Counted from the first letter of the stretch, positions 41,211 to 52,442 are shown. The stretch is 64,000 nucleotides of DNA from Candidatus Poribacteria bacterium (GCA_965218095.1 OZ244587.1:4416001-4480000), one strand, 5' to 3'. The notes: generated by a model not told the origin, from the letters alone. Numbers and translations are program-made.

Positions 41211-42272
41211 TCACTTGGGCGTCTTCCAGATCAGGATGCTTCCGACAATGGTGTAAAGCAAATTTGCGCCCCAACAGGCGACAATCGGTGGCAGTTTGCC
41301 ATTTTCACCGAGTCCTTCGAGGGTTGCCAGTGAGATTCCCCAATACATAAAGACGAGGAAGAAGGCAACGAGCAGCCCTGCAAAAAATCCAGCCCCACCA
41401 AAGCGAATCGAAATTGGCGCACCAATCAGAATCACAACGAACGCCGCAAAGGGGTATGCCATCTTATGATGCAATTTGACTTCCTCACGCCGTGTCGCCT
41501 GCCCTGCGCTTCGTTTATATTTAATCTGCCGCCGCAGCTCTCCAATCGTCATCGCTCGGAGATCTTTATTGCTGCCTGCGAATTGCTCCGGTTCTTCCGC
41601 TCGATCGATTTGCCTGGTTAGGAACGGTTCAAAAGCAATCTCAACATCTCCATCAAAACGACGAATAAACCCCTTTGCCAGATGCCACTGATTTGGCGAC
41701 CATGTAGCTGAACTTGCAAAGATTAATCGTGCAAGTGTATCATTGGGATTTAACTCATAAATTGTCATTCGATCGATGGTTTCGTTTTCCAGATCTAGCG
41801 TTTGGATATAAAACAGCCGATTGTTTTGTCCTTTGAAGACAACGTTTCGGCTTCGACGTAAGGGAATTTTTTCCCCCAATTGGTTGGCGCGGTGGTAGGC
41901 AGGTGAAGCAACCAGATTATAGAAAACCACAAAGATTATGCAGGTCAAGAATATGGATACGAGAATCGGGGTGAGGAGGCGATAAACGCTAACACCGGCG
42001 GTCTGCATAGCGGCGAGCTCGTTGTTTTGAACCTTTTGTCCGAAAACGAAGAAAACGGCAAGGAAGCTCGCCAACGGGACAACCTCAATAACCCGTCGAG
42101 GGGCTTGGCATAACACAATCTGAATCGCTGTGAGATAGGAAACGTCATCATCAAAACGCTTGATATCTTTATCGAGTAACCGAACGATAATTACCAGCGC
42201 GATGAAAAAGGCAAGCCCTAACGCGAATGTTCTAAGATATTCGGTTAAAATATATCGCTCAAGGATTCTCAT
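41211..42272 (-). CDS. lptG: LptF/LptG family permease (LptG-like)
   Basis: MRILERYI and NELAAMQTAGVS motifs; AW.ANL C-terminus. Confidence 0.8.
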   Translation of the reverse strand: MRILERYILTEYLRTFALGLAFFIALVIIVRLLDKDIKRFDDDVSYLTAIQIVLCQAPRRVIEVVPLASFLAVFFVFGQKVQNNELAAMQTAGVSVYRLLTPILVSIFLTCIIFVVFYNLVASPAYHRANQLGEKIPLRRSRNVVFKGQNNRLFYIQTLDLENETIDRMTIYELNPNDTLARLIFASSATWSPNQWHLAKGFIRRFDGDVEIAFEPFLTRQIDRAEEPEQFAGSNKDLRAMTIGELRRQIKYKRSAGQATRREEVKLHHKMAYPFAAFVVILIGAPISIRFGGAGFFAGLLVAFFLVFMYWGISLATLEGLGENGKLPPIVACWGANLLYTIVGSILIWKTPK

Positions 42273-42369
42273 ACTAAATCCGACTCTAAATGTTACAAAG
42301 ACTGCTTCGTAGTGGCGACTTCAGTCGTGCTTTCTCTGAAGTCTGTGACGTGATGATCGAGAATTCGTA

Positions 42370-43590
42370 TCAATCTAATTCTCCAATTTCTTGGGATTTT
42401 GTCTTATCAAAAGGAGGCGGCGGTTTCTGGCCTCGATTTTGTTGAGCGCCGAGTTTGCCTTCCAAGATAACTCGCATTGCGAACCCCAACCCCAATAATC
42501 CGATAACGAGGTTTGGCAACCAGATTGCGAAGCCGGGCGGAAGGATACCCTGTTGTCCTGTATACCGTCCGATTTGTAGAAGCATGTAGTATACAAGAAC
42601 GAGCCCAAGTCCGATACCGAAGCCCACCATCTTACCGCTTCGCTTCACAACCAGTCCAAGTGGTACGCCAATTAGACCGAAGACAAAACAGGCAAAGGGA
42701 ATTGAAAACTTTTTGTGATATTCAACCTGCGCATATCGCAACCTATCTATCAGGTACGGTTTCGATTGCTTTCGGAACAAACTGTCTTTGAGCTCGCTGA
42801 TATGGGCTTTCAGTTTGGCCAGACGCATGTTTCGGGTGCTCTTAGATTCAAACTGTGTCCGTTCCAACGTCTCCGTAAAGTCAAGTGCGATTCGATCTTC
42901 TGCAAAAGCGGTCACCCGAAAACCGTTTGAACTACCGGAAACTGGTTCATAAATAATCCCATCATAAAGCGTCAGCCATGCCTGCCTGTCTTTAAATCCG
43001 ACAGTTGCCTCCTTCGCATCAACGAAGCGTGGCTGTCCCGGCCATATTGAATCCCACACCTTCACGTTTTGTAAACGTTCCGTGTCCGGGTCGGTTGATT
43101 CGTATAGCCAGAGTTTTCCCTCGCGCTCTAACTCTTTCATGACCACTCCCTCTTCAAGGACAAAGGCGGAGTGTCGCCTGCTAATGTCGTGCTTCAACGA
43201 AGCATAAGCTACGTTACCGCGGGGGAGTGCATAATCCATAAAAAAAAAGTCGAAAATGCTTAGTAAGCTAGAAACAAACAGCAAGGGTAAGAGAATCTGA
43301 TGGAAGCCAACGCCATGCGCTTTCATGGCAGTGATCTCATTATCCGTCGAGAATCTCCCAAGGGAGAGCAAAATCCCCACGAGCGTAGCCATCGGAATGG
43401 TTAGAACAAGCGTGGCTGGCAAAACATAGATTAGCAGTTCGATCAGATAATGGGGACTGACGCCTTTGCTTACGAACTGCTTGGTCAGCCTGAAGATTTC
43501 GTCAAGCAGCATGACGAAGGTGAAGCAGAATACTGCTAACAGGAAGGGAGGAAAGAACTCCTTGAGGGTGTATCTGGTTAATATTTTCAA
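42370..43590 (-). CDS. lptF: LptF/LptG family permease (LptF-like)
   Basis: KILTRY, DNEITAMKAHG, EYHKKFSIPFAC and WLPN motifs. Confidence 0.8.
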   Translation of the reverse strand: MKILTRYTLKEFFPPFLLAVFCFTFVMLLDEIFRLTKQFVSKGVSPHYLIELLIYVLPATLVLTIPMATLVGILLSLGRFSTDNEITAMKAHGVGFHQILLPLLFVSSLLSIFDFFFMDYALPRGNVAYASLKHDISRRHSAFVLEEGVVMKELEREGKLWLYESTDPDTERLQNVKVWDSIWPGQPRFVDAKEATVGFKDRQAWLTLYDGIIYEPVSGSSNGFRVTAFAEDRIALDFTETLERTQFESKSTRNMRLAKLKAHISELKDSLFRKQSKPYLIDRLRYAQVEYHKKFSIPFACFVFGLIGVPLGLVVKRSGKMVGFGIGLGLVLVYYMLLQIGRYTGQQGILPPGFAIWLPNLVIGLLGLGFAMRVILEGKLGAQQNRGQKPPPPFDKTKSQEIGELD

Positions 43591-43744
43591 GCGCGTATAA
43601 CTCCGGTTGCAGATGCCATGCATCAAAATTTAGTATATTTTACCCCACACAACTTCGTCTTAGCAAGACATTAGTTGTTGTTTGCGGATTAGTTGTTGTT
43701 TGCGGTATGAATCTTCAAATCGTCAGAAAAGGCGAAGGAAATAC

Positions 43745-43773
43745 TTGACAAATTTGTTGAAATGTTTTATAGT
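43745..43773 (+). promoter_or_regulatory. Sigma70 promoter
   Basis: TTGACA-17-TATAGT. Confidence 0.6.
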
Positions 43774-43943
43774 GTATTCTCAACATCACAATATATCCTA
43801 TGAAAAAGTGAATGCCATACAATATCTTGTGTGAGGCAAATGGCATCATCAAGATTTTGTGTGTTTTCAACGAGATAACGCAATATATTGAAAAAGGTGT
43901 TGAAAGCAGGCTATAAGTCATCCCTTCCCTTCGAGGTCATTCA

Positions 43944-44987
43944 ATGCCAAGAGTAATATATTTAGTTATGGTATTATATTTCAGTCTTGGACTACTCACG
44001 TTCCGTTCCACTGTTGCCCAAATTGAACGCAGCCAGGTTGAACCGCACAAGCAGGATGAACAGCGCAGCCCGGCGCAAACTGGAGAATCTTCTCCGCCAA
44101 TAAAAGCGACCGTGTCATCTGAGCCGGAAGATTTATCCCGAATCGTACAGCAAATCGGCGGCAAAGTCAATCTCGGAACGACAGAAACCATTGATGGCAT
44201 TATCTTAGTCGTCGGAGACGCAAAGATTCAAGGGCATGTGAAGGGCGATATCTTTGTCTTGCGCGGAGATGTTGAAATCGGGGAAAGCGCACAGGTCATG
44301 GGAAAGGTAACGGTGGTTCTGGGGAAAATCATCGGTAAGGACTATCTGCTAGACGAGCCTGAGACCTCAACGCATCGCTATGAGGAGATTAACGGTTGGC
44401 GCCTTGTACCAGCGTCAACTAAATTAATGATGTATCCGCAAGAAGTGTGGGGAATGCCCAGGTTTGGTTTTGGTTGGGGAGTGTTGTTTGTTACCCTAGC
44501 GCTTACCCACATGCTGCTCGTGATTGTATTCCCACAACAGATGGAGGGTATGGCCCATACAATTTCTCACCGTCCAATTGGAAGCACTCTCCTTGGATTG
44601 ATTGTTATGATAATCGTTCCTTATTTGTCGATGTTGTTAATCCTGTCGATTGTGGGTATTCCGTTGATGCTGCTTTTTTTCTCTATTCTGCTGTCGATGG
44701 CAATTTATGGGAAAACGGCGATCTTTCTCTCCATCGGCACCACCATCAGATCTGCGAAGTCGCGTTCCTCTTCTCCACAACGATCCAGTATTATTTCTGT
44801 CATTGTTGGGTATTCAATATACAGTTTGGCGACCTGGATTCCTTACTTCCACATCAACCATCTAACCTTCATCATCGCAAGTGCCATTGGAATCGGCATT
44901 AGTCTCCGAACTTTGTTCGGTCAAAAACCGATTCGTCCCGACAGAGTCCATCGCCGGGAATATCAGCCCCCAAGGTATCGTCGATAA
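43944..44987 (+). CDS. Bactofilin-like (polymer-forming beta-helix) membrane protein
   Basis: Signal peptide; GDAKIQGHVKGDIFVLRGDVEI..AQVMG repeats; C-terminal TM bundle. Confidence 0.7.
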   Translation: MPRVIYLVMVLYFSLGLLTFRSTVAQIERSQVEPHKQDEQRSPAQTGESSPPIKATVSSEPEDLSRIVQQIGGKVNLGTTETIDGIILVVGDAKIQGHVKGDIFVLRGDVEIGESAQVMGKVTVVLGKIIGKDYLLDEPETSTHRYEEINGWRLVPASTKLMMYPQEVWGMPRFGFGWGVLFVTLALTHMLLVIVFPQQMEGMAHTISHRPIGSTLLGLIVMIIVPYLSMLLILSIVGIPLMLLFFSILLSMAIYGKTAIFLSIGTTIRSAKSRSSSPQRSSIISVIVGYSIYSLATWIPYFHINHLTFIIASAIGIGISLRTLFGQKPIRPDRVHRREYQPPRYRR

Positions 44988-44993
44988 TGGGCC

Positions 44994-45236
44994 TCATGGG
45001 TCAAGAAAAGTGTAAAGTATAAATGAGATGAGATTGGTGAATGTTTCGGGCAAGTTGATCGTATCATGTTTGTTGACCGGTTTGACGGTTATCGGTCCAA
45101 TGACGAATCCATGATTGTCGGTGATGGTGAGCTCTTTTTCACCTTTGTAGACATTCGACCAGTGGAGTTGATTGCGTCGTGTTCCACACTCCTTTGATAA
45201 AATGAATGGGTATCCGAAGCGGAAATTTTGGGACAT
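44994..45236 (-). pseudogene. Probable IS5-like transposase fragment
   Basis: KGEKELTITDNHGFVIGPITVKPVNKHD resembles a transposase segment; AT-rich, no ends found. Confidence 0.4.
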
Positions 45237-45418
45237 AAATTATCTCCCTTCCTTTCTCTATTTTACCACATCTTTATGTTTTACTCAATATGACTTCAGG
45301 GGGAAGGGGAAAGTATAACAACCCTGTCCTGAGCTTGTCGAAGGAATGAATTCGGGGGCTTTTCTTCATCAGTGAGTTGACTGGTTCATTGGTTTTCGCC
45401 AGTTGGGCATCACTTTTC

Positions 45419-46417
45419 ATGTCTCGAGGTGTGATCTTGCGCTTGAGTCATCCTGGATTTCTCGTCTTACTCCTCTTTTTGCCCTTCGTCGTTTGGCATC
45501 TGCGTCAGCAAAAAATCGCTTGTGTTCGCTTTTCGGACCTCAGTATCAGCCGTCAGATTGCCCCGAGCTTTTGGACAAGATGTTTTCCCGTCTTGAGTTT
45601 TGTGCGATTTCTCGTTATTGCCCTGATGCTCTTCGCACTTGCACGCCCACAGTCGTCTCAAAGTCGCGAACAGATTACCTCTGAAGGCATTGATATTCTG
45701 CTAATCCTCGATATTTCCGGAAGCATGCGTGCGGAAGATTTCAAGCCCAATAACCGCTTGCAGGCAGCCAAAGCGGTCATCCGCGATTTTTTAAGGGATC
45801 GGAAGAACGACCGAATCGGGTTGGTTGTTTTCGCCGGCGAGAGTTTCACGCAATGTCCGCTCACATTGGATTATGATGTCCTCGCCGATCTACTGCGCGA
45901 TGTTGAGATTGGCATGCTTGAAGATGGCACCGCAATCGGGGATGCCCTTGCGAATGCCACGAACCGGCTGCGTCATTCGACAACCAAGAGCAAAATCGCA
46001 ATCTTACTCACGGATGGAGAGAACAACGCGGGAAATATCGATCCGCTAACCACCGCACAAGCTGCCAGAGCGCTCGATATTAAGGTGTATACCATCGGTA
46101 TGGGAAAGGAAGGTGGCGCGCCTATTCCATATCATGACCCCATTTTTGGCAAGCAGTATAGCCATATTCGGACTTATGTTGATGAAGAAACGCTCAAACA
46201 GATTGCGGAAATTACGGACGGACTTTATTTTCGAGCCACCGATAAGCAAAAACTCGCTGAAATCTATAAGGAAATCAACCGGCTTGAAACCACAAAGATC
46301 GAGGCCACGGAGTATATCCGTTATAAAGAGCTTGTGGCATATCTGCTATTCCCTGCGACGCTGCTGTTGATGCTGGAGATTGTCTTGTCGAATACGCGCC
46401 TGCGAAAAATCCCGTGA
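45419..46417 (+). CDS. BatA-like vWA domain membrane protein
   Basis: ALARPQ, DISGSM (MIDAS), TAIGDA and LLTDGENN motifs; C-terminal TM. Confidence 0.9.
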   Translation: MSRGVILRLSHPGFLVLLLFLPFVVWHLRQQKIACVRFSDLSISRQIAPSFWTRCFPVLSFVRFLVIALMLFALARPQSSQSREQITSEGIDILLILDISGSMRAEDFKPNNRLQAAKAVIRDFLRDRKNDRIGLVVFAGESFTQCPLTLDYDVLADLLRDVEIGMLEDGTAIGDALANATNRLRHSTTKSKIAILLTDGENNAGNIDPLTTAQAARALDIKVYTIGMGKEGGAPIPYHDPIFGKQYSHIRTYVDEETLKQIAEITDGLYFRATDKQKLAEIYKEINRLETTKIEATEYIRYKELVAYLLFPATLLLMLEIVLSNTRLRKIP

Positions 46418-46485
46418 ACGTGGTTGCGTATTGTCATACTCGTAGTGACGAATCTCGTTGTACTCCGCAACTTGTGAGGCGAACA

Positions 46486-47886
46486 ATGACGGAGAAAAGT
46501 GAAATCCCATTCGGTGCCCAATTCAGTCCCAACCAGGTAAACTTACCCAAGCTGTTTCAAGTCATCCATAAAAACGCAGGGGATAGGAACAAAATTACCG
46601 AAACAATCCGTGATGAATTTTTTGCAACCCATGCGCAGAATCAACGCTGGAAGTTGGCTGAAAACACCGTACTATCCTTGAGAACTTACGAATTGTTAGA
46701 AGAGGATCGCGCGCCCCCGACTACATTGGCGAATGACCTGTCCGCAATTGCTAACACTCCAGATGCACTGTATGAGCAATTCGCCAAGCATATCCTTATT
46801 AATCTGAGAGGTCTCACGTTTGTTGAAACTCTGTCGATGATGCAAGCGGCTGGCGAGGAAATCAACCTCCACACCCTGAGCAAGTGCCTTGAGCAACGAG
46901 GGCTGCATGTTCCACGCGGTGCGGTACACATCAGCAGTATGCGTTTGTGGCTTGCTCAAGCGGGCATCTTCGACGCAAGCATCAAGGGTGGCCCAAGATT
47001 GTATGAAATCAACCAGATGCGTCTGAAAGAATTACTTGGTATTGGACTGGATGCGATCGACAGTTTGACCCAACTTAACACCGCACAACGCGCTTTCTTG
47101 CGGGCGCTTACACGCATTGTTGAATCAGATCCGTTCATTGCCAACAAGGTGGCAGATTTAGCAAGTACACTTTATTCAGTAGAGTATAACCACAAGGAGC
47201 TCCCAAAGTCCATCTTGTTTCCTTTACAAGAGCTTGGGTATATACAGTTGACAAAATCAACCACAGGACGAGGCGCAAAACCTTATGAAGTTTCACGAAC
47301 TATTAAGTTTCATCAGGAGATTTCTGAGTCGATTCTTGCTTCGGTAGCTGAGAAGACTGGACTGGTTCCCAAAGAAATATTCGAACAACCGCTGTCGCAG
47401 ATACTCATTGACCTCAGGTCGAATGACAAGCATGTTAAAGGTAAGGCGCTTGAACTTTTGGCAATTTACTTTGCTCGCTTGATTGACCTCGATTTCAAAG
47501 GCTGGCGCATACGAAGCGCGGACACAGGTGGGGCTGAAGTGGATGTAATTGTCGAAGGAGCGAGGTTGATCTTTAGCCGATGGCAGATTCAAGCTAAGAA
47601 CACAAAAATAGTTCGACTGGACGACGTTGCTAAGGAAGTCGGCCTGTCAATCACGTTTATCTATTCCAACGTCGTAATGCTTGTAACGACTGGTGATTTT
47701 ACAAAGGATGCATACGATTACGCACATCATGTGATGAAGACTTGTAACCTCAACGTGATTCTATTGAATGGCACCGAACTTGAGTACATCAGCTGGGATG
47801 CGACAAACATTGTAAGTGTCCTGAACAGGAAAGCTGAACAGGCAATGGCACTCAAAGAACGCACAGACTACTTCGCAGCTCAGTAG
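46486..47886 (+). CDS. Restriction endonuclease with C-terminal Mrr-like PD-(D/E)xK domain
   Basis: KGKALE..GGAEVDV..WQIQAKN; adjacent to a methyltransferase. Confidence 0.8.
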   Translation: MTEKSEIPFGAQFSPNQVNLPKLFQVIHKNAGDRNKITETIRDEFFATHAQNQRWKLAENTVLSLRTYELLEEDRAPPTTLANDLSAIANTPDALYEQFAKHILINLRGLTFVETLSMMQAAGEEINLHTLSKCLEQRGLHVPRGAVHISSMRLWLAQAGIFDASIKGGPRLYEINQMRLKELLGIGLDAIDSLTQLNTAQRAFLRALTRIVESDPFIANKVADLASTLYSVEYNHKELPKSILFPLQELGYIQLTKSTTGRGAKPYEVSRTIKFHQEISESILASVAEKTGLVPKEIFEQPLSQILIDLRSNDKHVKGKALELLAIYFARLIDLDFKGWRIRSADTGGAEVDVIVEGARLIFSRWQIQAKNTKIVRLDDVAKEVGLSITFIYSNVVMLVTTGDFTKDAYDYAHHVMKTCNLNVILLNGTELEYISWDATNIVSVLNRKAEQAMALKERTDYFAAQ

Positions 47887-47902
47887 TTATAAGGATGTAT
47901 TT

Positions 47903-48832
47903 ATGACTCAAATTCATTTTAACGAAGAACCGTTTTATACGACTCAACACGGCGCAGCCTACCTGGGGGATGCACTCACTTACTTGCGCCAGATGGCGTG
48001 TGAGTCAGTTGACCTGATTGTGACTTCGCCTCCCTTTGCACTAAAGCGTAAGAAGGAATATGGTAACGTAGACGCCAAAGACTACTTATCGTGGTTCATG
48101 GATTTCGCGATTGAGTTCAAGCGGATTCTGAAGAACGAAGGCAGTCTGGTTATTGACATCGGTGGTACATGGGCCAAAGGGCAGCCTACCCGTTCGCTAT
48201 ACCACTTTGAATTGCTAATTTCTTTGTGTAGGACATTGGAATTTCATCTCGCCCAAGAGTTTTATTGGTATAACCCGTCCAAGCTGCCTTCACCCGCCGA
48301 ATGGGTAACGGTACGACGGATACGTGTCAAGGATGCAGTTGACCCAATCTGGTGGCTGTCAAAAAGAGCGAATCCTAAAGCAAGCAACCGGCAAGTGTTG
48401 AAACCTTACAGTGATTCGATGAAGAGGTTGCTGAAGGAGGGCTACAAAGCAAAATTGCGACCTTCAGGACACGACATCTCCGGGAATTTTTCAAAGGATA
48501 ACCGGGGTGCGATTCCGCCCAACCTGCTAAGTTTAGCAAACACCGACTCTAACGGTGTCTACCTTCGCCAATGCCGCCAACGTGATATCAAGCCCCATCC
48601 GGCACGATTTCCTCATGGGCTGCCCGAATTTTTTATAAAGTTCCTTACCGATCCGGATGATTTGGTGGTCGATCCTTTTGCCGGAAGCAACGTTACTGGC
48701 GAAGTTGCCGAACAGCTCTCACGACGCTGGTTGGTGTTTGAGTTAGTCGAAGAATATCTTGAAGCATCCAAATTTCGTTTCCCTAGCTTATGCGGGCAAT
48801 TATATCTCTTCGATGAGCAAAAAAATCTTTGA
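47903..48832 (+). CDS. Beta-class DNA methyltransferase (PvuII-like, probable N4-cytosine)
   Basis: TSPPF precedes HPARFP and DPFAGS. Confidence 0.9.
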   Translation: MTQIHFNEEPFYTTQHGAAYLGDALTYLRQMACESVDLIVTSPPFALKRKKEYGNVDAKDYLSWFMDFAIEFKRILKNEGSLVIDIGGTWAKGQPTRSLYHFELLISLCRTLEFHLAQEFYWYNPSKLPSPAEWVTVRRIRVKDAVDPIWWLSKRANPKASNRQVLKPYSDSMKRLLKEGYKAKLRPSGHDISGNFSKDNRGAIPPNLLSLANTDSNGVYLRQCRQRDIKPHPARFPHGLPEFFIKFLTDPDDLVVDPFAGSNVTGEVAEQLSRRWLVFELVEEYLEASKFRFPSLCGQLYLFDEQKNL

Positions 48833-48848
48833 ATAGGTTGTACGCAAT

Positions 48849-49841
48849 ATGGAAATCTACCGCTGGAAAGAGAAGGGATTCCGACAACTCGATCCATTGC
48901 GTTTTGGAGAAGAGCGCGACTTTGAGGACCTGTTAGAACAGGATCCGGCACTGCTCCTTGGAAATGAGCGCACTTGTGTAATCAGCCGACAAGCTCCCAT
49001 TGGGAGATCACAGAAGGTGGATCTCCTCGCACTGGATCAGCACGGAAACTGTATCGTTATTGAACTCAAGCGGGGAAAGCCGTCTCGCACGACAATTGCG
49101 CAAATTCTGGAATACGCCGCAGCCGTTGCCAAACTTTCCTTTGCTGACCTTGAGCTTTTGACCCAACGCTGGTTTCGGCAGCAAGGCCGCGAGTTTACCT
49201 CCCTGCTGACGTTGCACAGCGCGTTCTTTGGATATGAATTGGGTGGCATGCAAGCGTCCACCTTCAATCGTAAGCAGCGGCTGGTTCTTGTCTCCGAGGG
49301 AGTTGATGTACGTGTCCTTGATATCGCGGAATATCTGCGACGTATCGGTGTGGATCTGACCTATATCTCTTACTTTTCCTACCAGGCCCCCGATGAAATT
49401 CTGGTTGCCACAAAGACCATGCTCGGTACGCCTGTCATCAAGGAATCGCGTGCCAGATACCAGTACAGCGCCAGGGAGTTTATGACACTCGAGGGGTACC
49501 TTGCCACACTCACCAAAAATGAAGAACTTCACAGGGTTGCCCAGCAATTCTTTGATTACGTGGAGGTGTGTGGCGCGATTATTCGCCCGCGGGTTGCTCT
49601 CATTCGTATGACAATTGGTGGAAAATGGTGGCTGGATTCGTATCCATCCAAGCGGGCAACTCATTGCCGAATCAATGTACATGGGGATTTCACCCCGATG
49701 TACATCGCAGAATGTCGCGCAAATCTACCTGATGTAACATCGAAGAAATTCGGTGTCTCGTTTAATATCGCCTCCCAAGCTCATCTGAAATATGCAATTG
49801 AGATCTTTGAACGCGTACGACATACGATCTTGGAAAGCTAA
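48849..49841 (+). CDS. NucS/DUF91-like PD-(D/E)xK endonuclease
   Basis: EERDFED..VDLLALD..VIELKRG..AQILEY. Confidence 0.78.
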   Translation: MEIYRWKEKGFRQLDPLRFGEERDFEDLLEQDPALLLGNERTCVISRQAPIGRSQKVDLLALDQHGNCIVIELKRGKPSRTTIAQILEYAAAVAKLSFADLELLTQRWFRQQGREFTSLLTLHSAFFGYELGGMQASTFNRKQRLVLVSEGVDVRVLDIAEYLRRIGVDLTYISYFSYQAPDEILVATKTMLGTPVIKESRARYQYSAREFMTLEGYLATLTKNEELHRVAQQFFDYVEVCGAIIRPRVALIRMTIGGKWWLDSYPSKRATHCRINVHGDFTPMYIAECRANLPDVTSKKFGVSFNIASQAHLKYAIEIFERVRHTILES

Positions 49842-50033
49842 TATCAATTCAGCTTTGCAGTCAAATCCGCTGCCGAACCCTCCGAAGGTTTCTCATGGGG
49901 AATTTCTAGATTGATTTCAAATCAATCCCTGACTATTGCACCGGTTTTCCGTTAGCCGTCGAGCGCATCCTGGAGCTGACACACGCTCACCCTTTCTTCG
50001 TACAAATCTTCTGCTACGAACTGGTCAATTAGA

Positions 50034-51144
50034 TGAGGGGTGTGCATAAATATAGTTGACATAATCAAGCCAAAAGGGTTTCCTATTGTTATCATAGCAA
50101 AAGGAGCCCCAATATGGTACAAAGACCAATGTTGGCTGATTATGTCACTCTTATTATGCAACTCTTTGAGCAGTTTATGCAACACCGTATTGACAAACCA
50201 GGTGTCACACACGCAAAACCATTGACATATTCAACCACCTCGTTTATCATTTTCTTCATGTTGATGCAGTTTCACGGCATCTATGGCTTCAAAACGCAAT
50301 GGCGGTGGCTAATCAATCACCCAGAAGTGTTACAAATGCTGGGGTGGCAACAGCCCCCTCATCGAACCACGATTGCACGTCGCTATAAGGCATTATATGA
50401 AGTGATAGAGGCATTTGTATTGTTTATCGGTCAGTATGCCACTGACTTGTCCCAACAATTCAACTTGGCTCATCTGGTAGCCGACAAAAGTTTATTTAAG
50501 GCACGAGGACCCGTCTGGCATCAAACTGACCGCAAAGCAGGAAAAGTACCTAAACATCTACGCAACCTCGACACCGATGCCACGTGGAGCAAGAGTGGTT
50601 ATCATGGCTGGGTCTATGGCTACGGACTTCACATTATCTGCACACAAGGTGCGTTCCCAACACTGATAACTGTGCACCGTGCGTCGGTCTCCGAAAGTTG
50701 GGCGATAGATGCTAAAGCGTCTGAGATTCTGACACAACTTTCACCGCAGACACTCACTGCCGATGATGCCTATACCCAAGCAGACCGTATCCGTCGTTGG
50801 GCGAAGGCACAAGTCGCTTTGATTACCCCGGCACTTAGATGGACAAAGGGACGGTTTGCCAAGGCGTATCATCGATTTATCAACCAACCCAAGCAGCGTC
50901 TCTGTTTAAGCAAACGTCGCAGTTCGGTTGAACCGTTGTTTGACTTGATTGCTAAAGTGATAGGCACCACTCCTCAACAGAAGCAGTTACCGGTCAAGGG
51001 GTTTTTCAATGTACGCTGTTGTTTAGCTATCGGGGTGTTATCAGTGCAAGTGGCTATGATTGCCAATGCCATATGGAAGTTACCTGCTCGCAATATCTCT
51101 CATATGGCGGCTGTTTTCCAATGAACTACTATGCACACCCCTCA
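50034..51144 (+). mobile_element. 1111-bp IS, copy 2 (transposase 50114-51124)
   Basis: Near-identical to copy 1 (one A/V difference in the protein); same TIRs; no direct TSD. Confidence 0.92.
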
Positions 51145-51211
51145 TCTAAATCATCGAAAGGAGCGCAATTACGCAACCTGAAACGATATCGATGCGATTA
51201 CAGAAAAATTA

Positions 51212-52062
51212 GGTTCTGTTGACATTTCAAGGGAGCCATATAAGAGTGGAGACAAAGCTGAGAAATCCAAAATAACGGACAGCTAGCTTCTCAAACCGAG
51301 AGAAGATACGACGATACCATTTTATCTTGTTGATGAAACATTCAACCCGATGTCTCTCTTTGTATTAAGTGTTTGTCATACGTTCTTTGGTCAACACGAT
51401 GACTTTTGGGCAGTATCACCGCAATCGCTCCATTCGCCTCAATAACCGCGATAAAAGCGTCCGAATCGTACCCCTTGTCTCCAATCACATATTCACTGTT
51501 ATATCCGATTATCAACCCTTCCGCCTCAGTTATGTCATGTCTCTGACCGGGGGTCAGATGAATTCTTAGGGGATTGCCTAGTCCGTCAACTGTGATGTGA
51601 ATTTTTGTACTGAAACCGCCCCGAGACCGACCTAATGCTTGGTTTTCAGTGCCACCCTTTTTTTTAAGGCGCCAGCTTTTTAAGGCGCCCGCCGCAGACG
51701 GGTGAGCGCGGCAGATGGTACTGTCCACAATAAGCGACTCGATATCGGGGTCAGAGGCGAAGTGGGGGTGCATCTGTGTGAAGATACCTTTGTCGCACCA
51801 TCAAGCAAACCGCTTGTAGCGGGTGTTCGATTTGCCATATTCGATTTGCCATAGGTGTCTGGTAGAAGTCTCCATTGAGCCCTGCTACGAGTCACCCAGA
51901 GAACCGCTTCGACGAAGCGGCGTGTAGCAGCTTCGTCGCCAACATAGATGGTGGGACAGCTTAGAAGAAACCGGTATATCTTATTCCATTGTTCATCAGG
52001 TAAGGTTATTGGCGTCATTCTTCTATTATGCCACAACCTTATACTCAAATGTCAACAGAACC
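51212..52062 (-). mobile_element. IS5-family element, copy 3, frameshifted
   Basis: Same TIRs and TA duplication; 14-bp tandem duplication at 51826-51853 breaks the ORF. Confidence 0.92.
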
Positions 52063-52442
52063 TAGTCCGGGAAGGCAATCCACAGTTCAACCTGTTATGG
52101 AAGGCAATTCCCTCCGACGAACACACGACCTTGAGTGCCATCGCAGAAGGGGTTGATGTAACCGGGCAGACATCGCTGGATTTCACAACGATCGAAACAC
52201 TATTGCGAAATGCCGGTGTGTCGATTCCACGTTCAAAACTCGTGGAGCATACGGAGTCCCTTGTTCAACAAAAGATTTTGGGATTGACAGAAGTCTTCCA
52301 TGTCTACTACCAACTCGAATTGTTCCGTCTCTGGGTCAGTCACAGATACCCCTTGCGCCACGTTGATGGCGAGGATGATTGATATTTCTCCATGAAGCGC
52401 ATAGGATTCATTGAACGCATGCATTGAGACCTTTGCCCCCAA

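Larger units (their letters stand above)
49910..52382 (+). pseudogene. C-terminal remnant of a STAND/AAA-type ATPase interrupted by two IS elements
   Basis: AVERILELTHAHPFFVQIFCYELVN (49950-50028), LNHRKERNYAT*NDIDAITEKL (51146-51211) and VREGNPQFNLLW..LFRLWV (52065-52382) join up. Confidence 0.7.
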
